From Glycera tridactyla (Eukaryota), in NCBI GenBank assembly GCA_965644265.1, contig OZ286463.1:81902001-81966000 (forward strand): a DNA stretch of 64,000 nucleotides. The letters are read 5' to 3'. Positions within the stretch are counted from its first letter, which is position 1; every line of letters starts with the position of its first letter. The translations under genes and the position numbers were made by a program. Positions 61,896 to 64,000 of the stretch are shown piece after piece. The notes beneath the pieces are model-generated. The model made no database searches. It saw only the letters and a list, made by a program, of their open reading frames with translations, and had not been told where the DNA came from.

Positions 61896-64000
61896 GGAGT
61901 TTGCCAGCATGTATTAAGCTGGATGACCATACATGTATGTGTAATCCTTCCAATATGACAATGGAATTGAACCAGTCATCCGACAGGCTTGTAGGAGTAT
62001 TCCCTCCTCTTCCTTAAGATGCAACCTTGGCAAGAAGTTTATATCTGATTAAATTACCATTATCAAGAACAGCAGGAAGCAATGTTTAGGTTAACCGGGC
62101 TTTTACCCCATTTATCCCAATGTCAAAATAAATGGCATTGCTCCTGTGGATCGATGTTCACAAAAATATATACGTTGTACTAAAAGATGTTATAAGCGCG
62201 ATCAGTATTACATGTTGAATCCCATTTTTTGCCAAGCTCTAATGAAACCATAAATCTATGAAGACATCTCATCCATCACACAGGGAACTCAATTGTTGGT
62301 TCAAAAGTATAAGATGACACATAAATAGAGTTGTAGATACATATTTTAATTTGTATATAGTTCACATAGTAGATTGTAAATGATAGATCATAAATTGAAT
62401 GAAGCAATATAGATTATCACAGTATCAATTAGACAAAAAGTCAGTTATACTCATGATGCAATGAATAAATTCATTTCAAATATTCAGATCTGAATCATAT
62501 ACATATATGACAAGTATGGATGAACTCGTAGTACATAAATACCAGTGATATATCAGAATTATTCAACTCACGACATACACGTACACAGGATATTCATGGC
62601 CGAATGACAAAGTGAGGTACCTCAATGAGTAATACAAGTACACACTCAAATAGTCACAAGTTTGAGCTCAAACCTTACTATAGTATTATCTTCTTTCTTG
62701 TTCCATCGTTGACTTGGGCGCTTGAGAAGTGGCCACTGTAGCTAGCTGGAAATATAAACAAAGTCAAAGACACTGTGTCTAGATAGTTAGTGCACTCTAG
62801 ATATATGACTTTAAAAGTTTGGGTTAAAGACCCACGATGAAAGATCGACTTTAAAAGTTAATATAGTGGTGGCCACCTAGTTGCACATGTGATGACAAAC
62901 CTTGGTTATATATCCATATCAGCTAGAGACTGATGGTAGCTGATACTAGAACGCGTATCGTAGATAGAAGTAGAAGTAGAGAGGAGGCATCATCCCTCTC
63001 GAGAGAAGTAGCTTATCTCGTAAAGATAGCTGACAGCATCTCACCGTATGAAGAAATTATGTCCTACACATCTCACATGTGTATAGTGCGTTTAACACAC
63101 TAAAGATCACGAAGACGATGGCTAGGCATATCAGCCTATATTAGTAGAATTCCATAAGCCCGGAAGGCGACATGGGAATGGAGTGGCCTGAAGAGTACGC
63201 ACCTCTTCAGTTACGACATCTCAGACGCGTTGGTCGCTGCAAGAAGATAAAAAAAAGTCTCCTACCAACTTGTCCAAGTATCATAAAGAGAAGTTTTAAT
63301 TCAAAAAGTATCTTTAAACAACTCTAAGTTTTTATTTATGTTTGTTGCGTGCACTTAGTTACTTGCAGTTGCCAGATCTATTATAGTGGGAAGGCAGGAT
63401 CCCACTCTATTCCCCACTAACTAAATAGCATAAGAATTTAACTTACAAGTTACCATTGGTCAAGTTACTAGAAATATTTCAACATTCAGTTGAAGAGATT
63501 GTCAAAAGACAATCAGCAAGTATCACCATTGAAAAGAAATCTCAATGCACTTAAGCCATTATCAACGGAGCAGGCACTGAGCCAACTAAGTTAATCAATC
63601 AATGAACAAGGCATTAAAATATCATCAGCTGTATCAGAGAGAGCTAAGTTCACGGGGAATGAACTAGAAAGGTGGACACACCAAGTCCTCTCTCAGTCAG
63701 CTGGGATCATAATGCAGCAGCAATACAGCGAAAAAGTTGAAGTCCAACTGTCTGCATGAAAAGAGCAAGCACGCTTTTCAAAATCAAAAATAATTAAGTC
63801 CTCATCAAATCAAATTCAAAAATTTGAATAAATTCTAAGTTAAGAATCCAAGATAGAGAAATCAATCTATTTAGAACAGGTGGTCGTTGTAGACAGTATC
63901 AGATAAATTCACCACTCACCGAAGCAAGAGGCAAGATCTGAAATCAACCCAAGTTCCCCCTCCCTTACACTGTGAGTATGACCTACCTAACATAGACCGG

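Overview
Eukaryotic (probably marine invertebrate) genomic DNA rich in retrotransposons. The N-runs look like hard-masked simple or tandem repeats rather than true gaps. (1) One apparently intact 9-exon host gene on + (CDS 10166-28010; all splice phases are compatible; 535 aa, or 528 aa from the second ATG). It encodes a type-I membrane protein: signal peptide, SUEL/Gal-lectin domain, CUB-like domain, S/T-rich stalk, TM helix and a tyrosine-rich tail with three YxN motifs. (2) A DIRS1-like retrotransposon on - (<1 to ~6906), split exactly inside its RT by a young, 5'-truncated CR1/L2-group LINE (858-2532). (3) A three-layer nest at ~29.9-38.3 kb: LINE, then an inverted LINE fragment, then a 5.43-kb Ngaro-like tyrosine-recombinase retrotransposon (32170-37598, -). 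This element is unusual. It is bounded by ~20-bp terminal inverted repeats, has at most a 1-bp target duplication, and carries an SGNH-hydrolase ORF upstream of gag. (4) Further decayed copies of a CR1/L2-group LINE family (40-42.9 kb, 55.5-57.9 kb), and a LINE 3' remnant whose 5' end is amplified as a 5 x 96-bp array. (5) Scattered, heavily decayed LRR-like and possibly GPCR-like coding remnants, micro- and minisatellites, and small inverted-repeat elements. No rRNA, tRNA or CRISPR was seen. All calls come from manual translation and motif recognition; no database searches were run.
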